IMG/VR virus record: IMGVR_UViG_3300044568_004364
Direction: 5' to 3' (one strand)
Length of the DNA: 64,000 bases
Source: a virus
How positions within the stretch are numbered: the stretch's first letter is position 1; each line of letters starts with the position of its first letter. The translations under genes and the position numbers were made by a program. The notes beneath the pieces were generated by a model that ran no database searches, was not told the origin of the DNA, and worked only from the letters and a program-made list of their open reading frames with translations. Below, in pieces: positions 26,017 through 35,211 of the stretch.

Positions 26017-27285
26017 TTAATTTATAATTGCTTTAAGGCTATTCATTGTAGTGCGATTTAGTAATGTGCCATCGCGATGTTCTGTTGTGATCATATTCTT
26101 TAGGTTGGTTAAGAGTGTTTGATATGCGTCAGGGTTTTCTTCAAGAAAACTAATGCGCTTAAACAACTCCTTACTATCTGGCACTCTCAAAAACTCAGGA
26201 GCCTTCAAGTTATTTTGTTCATCATATGTTGGATGTAAGAATGGTATGACGCCATGATTTATCAGTTCCCAAAACTTCATTGTAGTCCATCCCTTCTTAA
26301 TGGGAATACAATATGAATATTTAACACGTGGTAATAGACGTTGTAACTCCTCATAGGGTAAACTACCTTTAAAGCGAGAGTCATCCCCAATTGTTTCAGG
26401 ATCCCACTTTCCATAAATCTCAACATCTTGTACACCATCAAGAATACTATTCTTTAGCATATCATAGCGTGAAGGACGTCCTTCGTTTAATACTACAAGA
26501 AATGATACATCCTTTTCAACTGGCGGGGACTCAACTGTAGGCTCGTCATTAAAGAAACTATCAAGTGTGCACTCATCTGGCGCTGCCGGCGGTGGATCAA
26601 TCAAATAGATTGTTTCCATTGATGCATACAAACATTCAAGTGGAAAACTATTTACCGTGTTATCTTTATATGCAATACGATGCTTGTATTGTATGGTCTC
26701 GTTATATTGTGATAGGACTGCACCAGGCGCATGCATAATATCTTTAGCCATAAATGGAAAATACCGCGGATCATTTACAATTAAAATGTATGGCACACGA
26801 TATTCATTTAGGTATGATGCTAGCGGACCAGTGTAACATCCAATCATTTCAATAGGGGTTGACTCCTGTGTTGGATTTTTCATTTGAGTGCAACGGTATG
26901 GAATATTCGTTGTTGCATTTGGTCCTGCAATAATGATTCCACCATCCATCTCTAATCCCGCACGTTTTGATTCTGCAGCCCAGTGATCTACGTATGCAAC
27001 ACGACCACCTAGTTTTGTAACAGTGTGGTTCTTCTTAAAGTTTTTCCAACCTTCGCCCCAGATATCGTGTACATTACCGTGACGATTAATACGATTGCGC
27101 TCACGCTCATCCAAACGGCTATAGTCATTACTGCCTAGCAGGTAAAAGTTTACCTCAGGATTATGATAAAAAAGGTTTTCGTAATATGTAGGAGCTTCAT
27201 TATCTCCGCCAATAGAGCCCCATGACTTGCGATTAAACAAGATGCTCTTTCCTAACTTTCCAACAAATATATTCATATTATCCAA
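26017..27285 (-). CDS. putative DNA glycosyltransferase (beta-gt-like, GT-B)
   Basis: Occupies the T4 beta-gt position between 42 and uvsX; EIYGKW, TMKFWE...GVIPF GT-B-like C-terminal motifs. Confidence 0.55.
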   Translation of the reverse strand: MDNMNIFVGKLGKSILFNRKSWGSIGGDNEAPTYYENLFYHNPEVNFYLLGSNDYSRLDERERNRINRHGNVHDIWGEGWKNFKKNHTVTKLGGRVAYVDHWAAESKRAGLEMDGGIIIAGPNATTNIPYRCTQMKNPTQESTPIEMIGCYTGPLASYLNEYRVPYILIVNDPRYFPFMAKDIMHAPGAVLSQYNETIQYKHRIAYKDNTVNSFPLECLYASMETIYLIDPPPAAPDECTLDSFFNDEPTVESPPVEKDVSFLVVLNEGRPSRYDMLKNSILDGVQDVEIYGKWDPETIGDDSRFKGSLPYEELQRLLPRVKYSYCIPIKKGWTTMKFWELINHGVIPFLHPTYDEQNNLKAPEFLRVPDSKELFKRISFLEENPDAYQTLLTNLKNMITTEHRDGTLLNRTTMNSLKAIIN

Positions 27286-28297
27286 TCTTTACGTTTTCAA
27301 TGTTTATGTTGCTCATATATGTAGACGGCACAATTGCGCCGCGCGCTATTTCAGCTTCAAGGTAACATACGGTATCATCCAGTGCAACAGCAATGCTGTG
27401 TGTTGGCTCCCAGCCCAACCCCTTCGCTTTAGTGATATCAGCATAAATATCAAATGCTTCTCCGTTAATCTCTGGCATATATGTATAGGTGATTTCTTGT
27501 GGTATATCATAACCACGCTTGCGCAATACATCGCCTACAATAGAACCAATTTCAAGTAGGCTATAACTTTCGCCACGCCCAAGATTATATGTTTCTCCAA
27601 TGGTACGAGAGTCTTTCATTGCAAGTAAATGGAAACTATTAATATCATTCACGTGAATAAAGTCACGACGACGTGCGCCATCTCCAAATATGATTGGGTG
27701 ATTGCCTGCCATAAGTCGTATTGCAAATCCTGCAAAGAGTGGCGGCACTGTGCGACGATAGTCTTGAATAGGACCTGCTACATTAAAGTAACGCAATGCT
27801 GTATATTCTAATCCTTTGGTGCGCGCATAACTCTCTGCCATAAGAGCAACACATGATTTGGATGTACTATAGAATGTTGTGGGATCGCTTTGATCTTCAC
27901 AAAATCCGTGCTGTGGTAATGCACAATTTTCATATACTGCACTTGTTTCTGAAAAGATAATTCTTGGGCAGCCATGCTCTAGGAGTGCATCAAATACATT
28001 CAATGAACCATAGACATTATTTAACAGCGCGCTTGCGGAGTCACGATGACAGTCATAAATGCTAACAAGTCCTGCAAAGTGGAATGTAACAGCTGGCTTG
28101 ACGCGGCCCACATAGTCAAAAAGTGTTTCACGTGATGTGATATCTCCTTTGCAAAAATTCACACGATCATGAACGGCTGGAATGTATGATCCTTGTGCAA
28201 GGTTATCATAAACATATACATCATGCCCTTCATCCAATAAGCTTGGGATTAAATTTGTACCGACAAAACCGGCACCTCCTGTAATTAGTACTTTCAT
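27278..28297 (-). CDS. NAD-dependent epimerase/dehydratase
   Basis: TGGAGFVG, YSTSK (YxxxK), LRYFNVAGP, RDFIHV. Confidence 0.88.
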   Translation of the reverse strand: MKVLITGGAGFVGTNLIPSLLDEGHDVYVYDNLAQGSYIPAVHDRVNFCKGDITSRETLFDYVGRVKPAVTFHFAGLVSIYDCHRDSASALLNNVYGSLNVFDALLEHGCPRIIFSETSAVYENCALPQHGFCEDQSDPTTFYSTSKSCVALMAESYARTKGLEYTALRYFNVAGPIQDYRRTVPPLFAGFAIRLMAGNHPIIFGDGARRRDFIHVNDINSFHLLAMKDSRTIGETYNLGRGESYSLLEIGSIVGDVLRKRGYDIPQEITYTYMPEINGEAFDIYADITKAKGLGWEPTHSIAVALDDTVCYLEAEIARGAIVPSTYMSNINIENVKIG

Positions 28298-28303
28298 ATT
28301 GAG

Positions 28304-28762
28304 TTATATATTGCTTGTGTTGCTTACACGTGTTCTTAGTTCTGTTGTGCTAAATGAATGGCGTCGTTTGTTATAATGTATTGGACACAGCCCAACGCCA
28401 GTATGATCCGTGCCTTTATATTCTTCACCAACAATACGTATGTCAGGATTGATTGTCATAATCATATCCACAAGATCTTTTTCAGTTTCAAATGGAATGA
28501 TTTCGTCAACATACTTACAGCTAGCAAGCTGTGTGTATCGCTCAAAGGCGCTTTGTATTGGTTTATTTTTTGTATCTGGACGATCACTCGTTGGATCAAC
28601 TAGTAATCCAACAATAAGATAGTCGCATAACTGTTTTGACTCCATAAGCATAACATTATGACCTGCATGAAACAAGTCAAATGTTGAGCAAGTGAATCCA
28701 ATCTTTACTTCATGTGGCTCCTTGCCAATACGTTCGGCAACTGATTTTCTATCAAAGAACAT
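28304..28762 (-). CDS. TagD/HldE-like cytidylyltransferase
   Basis: STFDLFHAGH, VGEEY, FSTTELR. Confidence 0.85.
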   Translation of the reverse strand: MFFDRKSVAERIGKEPHEVKIGFTCSTFDLFHAGHNVMLMESKQLCDYLIVGLLVDPTSDRPDTKNKPIQSAFERYTQLASCKYVDEIIPFETEKDLVDMIMTINPDIRIVGEEYKGTDHTGVGLCPIHYNKRRHSFSTTELRTRVSNTSNI

Positions 28763-29795
28763 TTAATTCTGCTGTTATAAGGTTAAGTATATTTGTACGA
28801 GAAGATTCAGGCGCATATGGTAATGCACGACAATATTGACCAAGAGCGTGTGCGCGTATTAGAGCAGCGTCCAATCCCGAATGAGCTACAACTTCAGATG
28901 TTGAGACACGCTCATATCCAAACATACCTATGCTTGCATAATATTTAGATATGTCGAGTACCCAACTGCTGTATAGCGTTGAGTCATTAATAGGATCAAT
29001 AAATGCAGGAACATCGCTCTCACACGAATTTTTGCCCATGATATTACTGACAGAGCAATCTCCATGGCCAAATGTGTATGGCGTGCTTTTCATTGCATGC
29101 TGCAATATGTTCTTAATCTTTTCAACTTGTAGCGGTTGCAAATATTTCATAGCACGTGCAGTGCAACGCTCTACATAACGTGCAGGATCAGAGTCTCCTT
29201 GTAGTGCAGGATGGTTAGAAAATGAGCGTATAACATTTACAACACTATAGACACTTCCATTATATTCTGGCAACATATCCATGCGAATAGTATCACCAAT
29301 AATGTTGTGAATGTATGGCGTATTATATCCTAAGTCTTTTGCATGTTCATACCATCCTATTGCACTATGACTGTTGCCTGCAGTCTTATAGACGCAATCT
29401 GTTACACGATCATAATAGACGCTTGCTCCGCTCCAGCCTGCATTCAAGTCAATACGATCAAACTTTTCTACAAATTGTTCTGGTGTAATACCCTTATCAT
29501 CAATGTAATATGCCGCAAGTTTCTTTTGAAACGAAAGCGTATGATAACAAACATCGTGCGCAACCAACCAACTCTCAATTTGATTCCGATACTTAAGATC
29601 GGCTGCATCGCAATCTCCATTGCAAGATAGCTGCCCACGTGCAGTGACAATATGAATTGTCCAACCGCAATGATATAATTCATTTAGTTTAGAGATTAAT
29701 GATGTGTTGGGTTTAGCATGCTCCCAGTCACGATTGAATGTTATTGCAATCGTATCATCATAATCCACAACAAGTGTAGTAGTATGCGAACTCAT
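28752..29795 (-). CDS. HAD phosphatase fused to APH/choline-kinase-like domain
   Basis: VVDYDDTI, TAR, YIDDK; C-terminal HGDCSVSN...FIDP. Confidence 0.75.
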   Translation of the reverse strand: MSSHTTTLVVDYDDTIAITFNRDWEHAKPNTSLISKLNELYHCGWTIHIVTARGQLSCNGDCDAADLKYRNQIESWLVAHDVCYHTLSFQKKLAAYYIDDKGITPEQFVEKFDRIDLNAGWSGASVYYDRVTDCVYKTAGNSHSAIGWYEHAKDLGYNTPYIHNIIGDTIRMDMLPEYNGSVYSVVNVIRSFSNHPALQGDSDPARYVERCTARAMKYLQPLQVEKIKNILQHAMKSTPYTFGHGDCSVSNIMGKNSCESDVPAFIDPINDSTLYSSWVLDISKYYASIGMFGYERVSTSEVVAHSGLDAALIRAHALGQYCRALPYAPESSRTNILNLITAELNVL

Positions 29796-29816
29796 ATGAG
29801 TGTATCTATAGCATTA

Positions 29817-30149
29817 TTATTTGCTTCTGTTTAAGAAGTCACGATTAGTGTCTTGTCCATCAATACCGCCACGGCACCATGCTACGAGAAAGCTTGAATA
29901 ATTAATCAAGTCTTTACCGCTATCTTCAATGCTCTCAAAGTTGGGTACATAATCAGGATCGCTTTCCATTGCTTCAATTACGCTATACATACGCAAGACT
30001 TTCGCTTGAATAATATCAAGGATACTTGCGGCACCGCGAGGATAATAGTCAGCCTGACGAATGCGGCTATGTGGGTTTTGATAGTCATTACTTTTCTTAA
30101 GCTGCAATTCAGCGCACTCTTCAAGAACTATAATTGATTGTTTCTTCAT
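29817..30149 (-). CDS. nucleotide-modification-associated small helical protein
   Basis: LQLKKSNDY...K..R...EDS..DLINY. Confidence 0.6.
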   Translation of the reverse strand: MKKQSIIVLEECAELQLKKSNDYQNPHSRIRQADYYPRGAASILDIIQAKVLRMYSVIEAMESDPDYVPNFESIEDSGKDLINYSSFLVAWCRGGIDGQDTNRDFLNRSK

Positions 30150-30192
30150 GTTGTTATATTATACGGTTTGTGATGAATTGTAAATGGAAAAG

Positions 30193-30855
30193 TTATGCAT
30201 GTGCGATATATTTTTCAATCATGCTGTAATGCCGCTCATATACGTGCAAGCTGCCCACTTGCCATGTGATATTCCCAGCTGGGACACCTAGGTCAGCTGC
30301 CAGTTGCTGCAAGACATACAGCTGCCATGCATAGTCATTGCGATATCCGAAGACCACATCATTGCTCCGCATCTGCACAACAGCATGGAGCGCGCCATTA
30401 CGCTGCAAGTATTGTACTGCATTAGTACAAATAAAGTCACTCATGCCGTCGGCGCAATATTCTGTTTGTATACTAGGGCGTGTGTAAATCATAATTGCAC
30501 GACGTGAAAACGGATTATTTCTTAGCTCTGCAAGTGCTGAATCATATTGACTTTTGTTTTCTGCACTATAGACAAGGTAACCATAGTTACTATTAATAAG
30601 TCCTTCACGCGATGCTACGCTTTCCCAAATCTTTGGAGTGACACCTGGGATGTCTGCTACTCTCAAGCTTTGTGATAGGTACCATTCCAATTCACGTTGG
30701 ATATAGTCATCATTAGGTTCGCCAAAGATTGCGGGTTCATCAGCCATAAAGCTAGCACCAACAAGTTCAATTGTGCTACCGCCATTCTTATCAAGCACAA
30801 AGTCACGGTCTTTATATGCTTGTATAAAATAATCTCTAAGGTTTGCTACATTCAT
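30193..30855 (-). CDS. 42: dCMP hydroxymethylase (thymidylate-synthase fold)
   Basis: INSNYG, DFICTN, MRSNDVVFGYRNDYAWQ, GSLHVYERH closely match T4 gp42, including the dCMP-specifying Asp. Confidence 0.88.
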   Translation of the reverse strand: MNVANLRDYFIQAYKDRDFVLDKNGGSTIELVGASFMADEPAIFGEPNDDYIQRELEWYLSQSLRVADIPGVTPKIWESVASREGLINSNYGYLVYSAENKSQYDSALAELRNNPFSRRAIMIYTRPSIQTEYCADGMSDFICTNAVQYLQRNGALHAVVQMRSNDVVFGYRNDYAWQLYVLQQLAADLGVPAGNITWQVGSLHVYERHYSMIEKYIAHA

Positions 30856-31226
30856 GCGAAAATAATGTTACGAATATCAATTAGTTGTTTAAGGTGAAAA
30901 CCGTCTTGTTCATGTAATTCAACTGAATACGATGTGTATTCATCAAGGCTATCTTCAAGATCGGATATGATAATCTTGTCAAGCAACTTTGGACGGTCAA
31001 ATTTAATATATGTATAGACATCAGATACTGCATCATGTACATTGTGACCACCTTCGGTGGAATCGCAAACGGTTTCTTCAAGGAAACTTTTATCTTCAAC
31101 CAATGAAACAACTCTAGAAAACATCTGTTCCTGTAACAGATTTTCGCCATATTCTTTTTTCTTTTTTGCAGATACCATTGCTGATAGTCTACCCATTAAT
31201 GTATCGGTTTGTATTGTACTTTCCAT
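30852..31226 (-). CDS. hypothetical protein
   Basis: ORF coupled to gp42; promoter-like TTTACA-N17-TATAAT upstream. Confidence 0.55.
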   Translation of the reverse strand: MESTIQTDTLMGRLSAMVSAKKKKEYGENLLQEQMFSRVVSLVEDKSFLEETVCDSTEGGHNVHDAVSDVYTYIKFDRPKLLDKIIISDLEDSLDEYTSYSVELHEQDGFHLKQLIDIRNIIFA

Positions 31227-31331
31227 ATAGATTATTATATCAAAAAAATCGAAAATGTAAATAACTTTTTTAGAAAAAAAGAGAGCAAAGATGACTCCCT
31301 GCTCTCTTAAAAGTGGTGCTATAGTTAGCGC

Positions 31332-32081
31332 TTATGCCTCGAGAATATTCACAATGAATTTAAGTATTTTCGAACGTACAATTTCGGAATAGCTAAACTT
31401 AAACGTGTGTATACCATTTTCACGGCACTCAGCGGTATCAAATTTGTTATATACTTCAGCATAACCTGATAGTTTACCAATGTCAGTTTGCTTTAGGTCA
31501 CCGCATATAACATAACGAGTATTCTTACCAAATCGTGTTAGGATTGTAACAATTTCAGATTTGGTCATGTTTTGAATTTCATCAATAATTACAAAGGAAT
31601 CGTTGAATGTTAAGCCGCGTGCAAAGTTTACTGGTATAGCTTGCAGCACACCATTTGCTTTGAGGTATTGCGCAGTAGATTCATCTGTTATCTCTCGAAC
31701 CTTTTCAATGAGTGGCATTGCATAAGGCCCAAACTTGTCATCAATTTCACCTGGGAGTAACCCAATACTGCGGCTGGCGCTTTCCACCACACTGCGTATA
31801 TAAATGATTTGTTTTGTGCGCTTTTCTTTAAATGTTTCGAGCGCTGCTAATACTGCAATGTAACTCTTTGCTGTGCCGGCGCTGCCGTCAACAAATACGA
31901 TATTTGAGCTCTCATCTTTACAACATTCATAAAATGCGCGATGCTTTTCATTAAAATGAAATGGCTTTTTAATGCGTATGTTATAATTAAAGTTTTCAGC
32001 CAATGATTTTTCAATGCTTTCATCGTGTTGATTGACTGCTGGCTTCCTTGGTTTGCGTGTGGTTGTAGTTTTTGCTTTCAT
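31332..32081 (-). CDS. phoH: PhoH family ATPase
   Basis: GSAGTAKS, IGLLPG, RGLTF, IIDEIQN, GDLKQ; start placed at MKAK after the terminator. Confidence 0.9.
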   Translation of the reverse strand: MKAKTTTTRKPRKPAVNQHDESIEKSLAENFNYNIRIKKPFHFNEKHRAFYECCKDESSNIVFVDGSAGTAKSYIAVLAALETFKEKRTKQIIYIRSVVESASRSIGLLPGEIDDKFGPYAMPLIEKVREITDESTAQYLKANGVLQAIPVNFARGLTFNDSFVIIDEIQNMTKSEIVTILTRFGKNTRYVICGDLKQTDIGKLSGYAEVYNKFDTAECRENGIHTFKFSYSEIVRSKILKFIVNILEA

Positions 32082-32097
32082 ATACATAAAGAAAAAA

Positions 32098-32122
32098 GCC
32101 AAGGTATGTAATATACCTTGGC
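32098..32122 (-). terminator. intrinsic terminator
   Basis: GCCAAGGTAT...ATACCTTGGC hairpin followed by T-tract on the minus strand. Confidence 0.65.
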
Positions 32123-32157
32123 TCTCGTTAAATTTGTTGTTTTCCAGTGCACTATTG

Positions 32158-32394
32158 TTAATTGCCGTTTCCAATAATGATTGCTCTCCGATAGCTATAG
32201 TCGCTGTGATACTTTTCACCACGACCAGTGAGTATTCCCTCTTTAAACTGATATGTTACACCGTCACTTAGTGTTATCGTCTCGGGTGTATATAGCTGTG
32301 AGGAGTTGAGTCTTTCGTTTGATTCTTTTTGATAATCTCTCCAAGCGCAACTTACTGGCAGGAGAACCATCAGCGGCCAAACGATCAATTTCAT
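32158..32394 (-). CDS. putative o-spanin (lipoprotein)
   Basis: MKLIVWPLMVLLPVS|C lipobox; overlaps the upstream gene in another frame. Confidence 0.6.
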   Translation of the reverse strand: MKLIVWPLMVLLPVSCAWRDYQKESNERLNSSQLYTPETITLSDGVTYQFKEGILTGRGEKYHSDYSYRRAIIIGNGN

Positions 32395-32497
32395 CTTCAA
32401 GTTCATCAATTTCGTTTTCACGTTTATTTTTAAGGTATTCAGCATATTGATTTGCAAGCGCTGTTATGGCAAGCAATAGTGCAGTAAAGACGTTCAT
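32264..32497 (-). CDS. putative i-spanin
   Basis: N-terminal hydrophobic segment followed by a charged coiled-coil-like region. Confidence 0.55.
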   Translation of the reverse strand: MNVFTALLLAITALANQYAEYLKNKRENEIDELEDEIDRLAADGSPASKLRLERLSKRIKRKTQLLTAIYTRDDNTK

Positions 32498-32498
32498 C

Positions 32499-32696
32499 TT
32501 ACTTTTTTACACCTGTATCTTTTGCCTTGCCGATATTAAGAGCAATAAAATCAATTACAGCATAAACCTTTGCAAGTTTAGTCCCAGGGGCTGGTGTTGG
32601 TGTAATGCTTGCAATTGCACTAGCTAATGATACCGCAGCAGTCACTACAGCAAACCATGGGTAATTTTGGATTAGAGTTACGAGTTGTTCAATCAT
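32499..32696 (-). CDS. putative holin or small membrane protein
   Basis: Hydrophobic segment, TPTP, basic C-terminus; late promoter at 32734-32741. Confidence 0.55.
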   Translation of the reverse strand: MIEQLVTLIQNYPWFAVVTAAVSLASAIASITPTPAPGTKLAKVYAVIDFIALNIGKAKDTGVKK

Positions 32697-32850
32697 ATGT
32701 TTTTGTGGTTATTTGAGAATGATTTCTCAAACATATTTATACAAAAGCACAGCTTAATAGTCACCATTTATTGATCGCCAAATTACGTCAACCAGCTTGA
32801 TTAGCAGAATGGCGCACATGACCCACATCCAACCTTCAGAGACTGTAAAA

Positions 32851-34773
32851 TCAAATTTCATAGTTTATATATTGGTGCTCTAAGAGCGTATTGTTGAGAA
32901 TTGACTTTAATTCAAAACCGCCGACGAATGGAACATTACCACCAATTGTGTTTATAATATTGCGTGGAACATTACTCAATGCTTTATGCAAAGGGTCATC
33001 ATCGACGTGATCTGCAACATTCTTTTTTAAAGCAACACGCAAAAAATCAACATCACGCCACACCGTGTTCCAAACACAAACTTCAATTGATTGCTTTGTC
33101 ATATTCATAATCCTTTATCGCAATGCTAACTGAGTCATAAACTGAGCCATAAACTGAGTCTCTAACTGAGTCATAAACTGAGCCCCAAACTGAGACATAA
33201 ACTGAGCCATGTACTGAGTCACGGACTGAGTTATTAACTGAGTCCCAAACTGAGCCGCTAACTGAGTTACAAACTGAGCTATATACTTCCTTTTCAATAT
33301 TCATATTCTTGTATTGCAATGTCAACAGTGTTCCTAACTGAGTTACGAACTGAGCCCCAAACTGAGTTCCAAACTGAGTTAATAACTGAGATATTAACTG
33401 AGTCATAAACTGCACTATATATTTCCTTTTCAATATTCATACTCCCTTAGTGTAATATTAACAGAGTTCCTAACTGAGTCACTAACTGAGATACCAGCTG
33501 AGTTCCTAACTGAGTTCCTAACTGAGTCATGAACTGAGCCCCAAACTGAGACCCAAACTGAGCCATAAACTGAGCCATGTACTGAGTCACGGACTGAGTT
33601 ATTAACTGAGTCATCTATTTCCTTTTCAATATTCATACTCTTCTATTTCACTCCGCAAATTGTCATCAACTGAGTCCCAAACTGAGACAAAAACTGAGTC
33701 ATAAACTGAGTTATAAACTGAGTTATAAACTGAGTTATAAACTAAGTTACGAACTGAGCTACGAACTGAGCTACGAACTGAGTCATAAACTGCACTATAT
33801 ATTTCCTTTTCAATATTCATACTCCCTTAGTGTAATATTAACAGAGCTCTCAACTGAGCCATAAACTGAGACATAAGCTGAGACATTAACTGAGTCATGT
33901 ACTGAGTTCCTAACTGAGTCCCAAACTGAGCCATGTACTGAGTCACTAACTGAGTCATAGACTGAGTCATAGACTGAGTCATAAACTATCTTACGAAGTG
34001 AGACATCAACTGAGCGATTAACTGAGTCATCGACTGAATAATATATTTCCTTTTTAATATCCATACTCTGCTATGTGTGCTGCTAAATTATTGTACCGCC
34101 CAGCATCTCCTATAGAATCCTGAAACGAGTTACGAACACTATTATAAAGCGATATTGTTGGTAGGGTACCTGTTATTCTATCACCATTATCCAAAACATA
34201 CTCCCATGTTGCAGACCATAGCTCTTGCCGCAAATCTTGTTTAATATCCATATTCTTTTATTTCACTCTTTATATTAATACCAACAGAAATGCCAACTGA
34301 ACCAGCAACAGGCTGAGTGACCTTGCTACCAATCGTGGTGATAGGTAATATATGAACAGAATTATATACTGTATCAAAAACTGAGCTACTAACTGATCTA
34401 TTAACTGAGTTATTAACTGAGCCATCTATTTCCTTTTTAATATTCGTATTCATATTCTTTTATTGTAATGTCAACAGTGTTCCAAACTGAGTTACGAACT
34501 GAGCCGCTAACTAAGTTCCAAACTGAGCTACGAACTGAGCTACGAACTGAGTCATAAACTGCACTATATACTTCCTTTTCAATATTCATATTCTTTTACT
34601 GCAGCGTTAACAGAGCTCTCAACAGAGCTCTCAACTGAGCCATAAACTGAGATATCAACTGAGTCATAAACTGAGTTATTAACTGAGTCCCAAACTGAGC
34701 CGCTAACTGATTTTTCGACTGAGTTATTAACTGAGTCATAAACTGAGGTATATATTACCTTTTCAATATTCAT
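32851..34773 (-). repeat. array A: 10 tandem SV-X-X repeat mini-genes (34579-34773, 34437-34589, 34241-34453, 34054-34251, 33810-34064, 33626-33820, 33430-33636, 33294-33440, 33083-33304, 32851-33108)
   Basis: 12-bp unit TCAGTT-NNNNNN; proteins M(N/D)I(E/K)KE...(SVxx)n...EY(E/G)Y; consecutive genes overlap via GA(G/A)TATG(A/G)ATATT(G/A)A; two members are divergent. Confidence 0.85.
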
Positions 34774-34784
34774 ACAACAAAAAA

Positions 34785-34817
34785 GCGAGGAGCTTATTAT
34801 AATACAAACTCCTCGCT
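34785..34817 (-). terminator. hairpin or terminator between DUF6745 pair and array A
   Basis: GCGAGGAG...CTCCTCGC with T-tract on the minus strand. Confidence 0.55.
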
Positions 34818-34837
34818 ATATCTATTTGTGTTAAAGC

Positions 34838-35170
34838 TTAGTCGCGAACTGCTCGCATGTTTTGTGCAAAGTGATCATACTCTTGTTGAATGCCAACTTC
34901 CCATACACCAGGAGGCATAGCGATAGCATCGTGACGATTAGCATGCACGCAACGCACCTGAGTAGGTTTAGAGTTGCGAATGAATGTACGATCGCCAGAG
35001 CGAAACACTTTAGTGCCTGCTACCATATCAACGACATGGTGATTGCCAGTCGTCTCACTGTCTGCAATAATATGCAGATCGTTGTTAGTAGGCTTAATTT
35101 CAACTGCATCTGCTGGCAGTTCTGCGGGGAACAACATGGCTTCGCCATGGAGGATTACGTTTGGTTTCAT
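34838..35170 (-). CDS. His-rich small beta protein, usual DUF6745 partner
   Basis: HGE...SETTGNHH...H..H..I.MPPG.W.V..QQEYD. Confidence 0.65.
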   Translation of the reverse strand: MKPNVILHGEAMLFPAELPADAVEIKPTNNDLHIIADSETTGNHHVVDMVAGTKVFRSGDRTFIRNSKPTQVRCVHANRHDAIAMPPGVWEVGIQQEYDHFAQNMRAVRD

Positions 35171-35211
35171 ATCTATATTATAGTTTACTGTTTGTTAATT
35201 GCTAGGATTAT

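Noticed and set aside
30193-30855. Ordinary thymidylate synthase
   Set aside because: The GYRNDYAW motif has the Asp of dCMP-specific gp42, and the context matches T4 gene 42.
32082-32222. N-terminal extension of PhoH given by the ORF track
   Set aside because: It crosses a terminator and the spanin-like gene; MKAK at 32081 is the more plausible start.
33120-34745. Regular aactgag repeats as a CRISPR array
   Set aside because: The period is 12 bp with no unique spacers; the repeats are coding Ser-Val-X-X units and there are no cas genes.
33083-34773. One long gene broken by stop-codon reassignment or sequencing errors
   Set aside because: Successive units change frame, use both TGA and TAA stops and each has its own ATG; core genes translate normally with the standard code.
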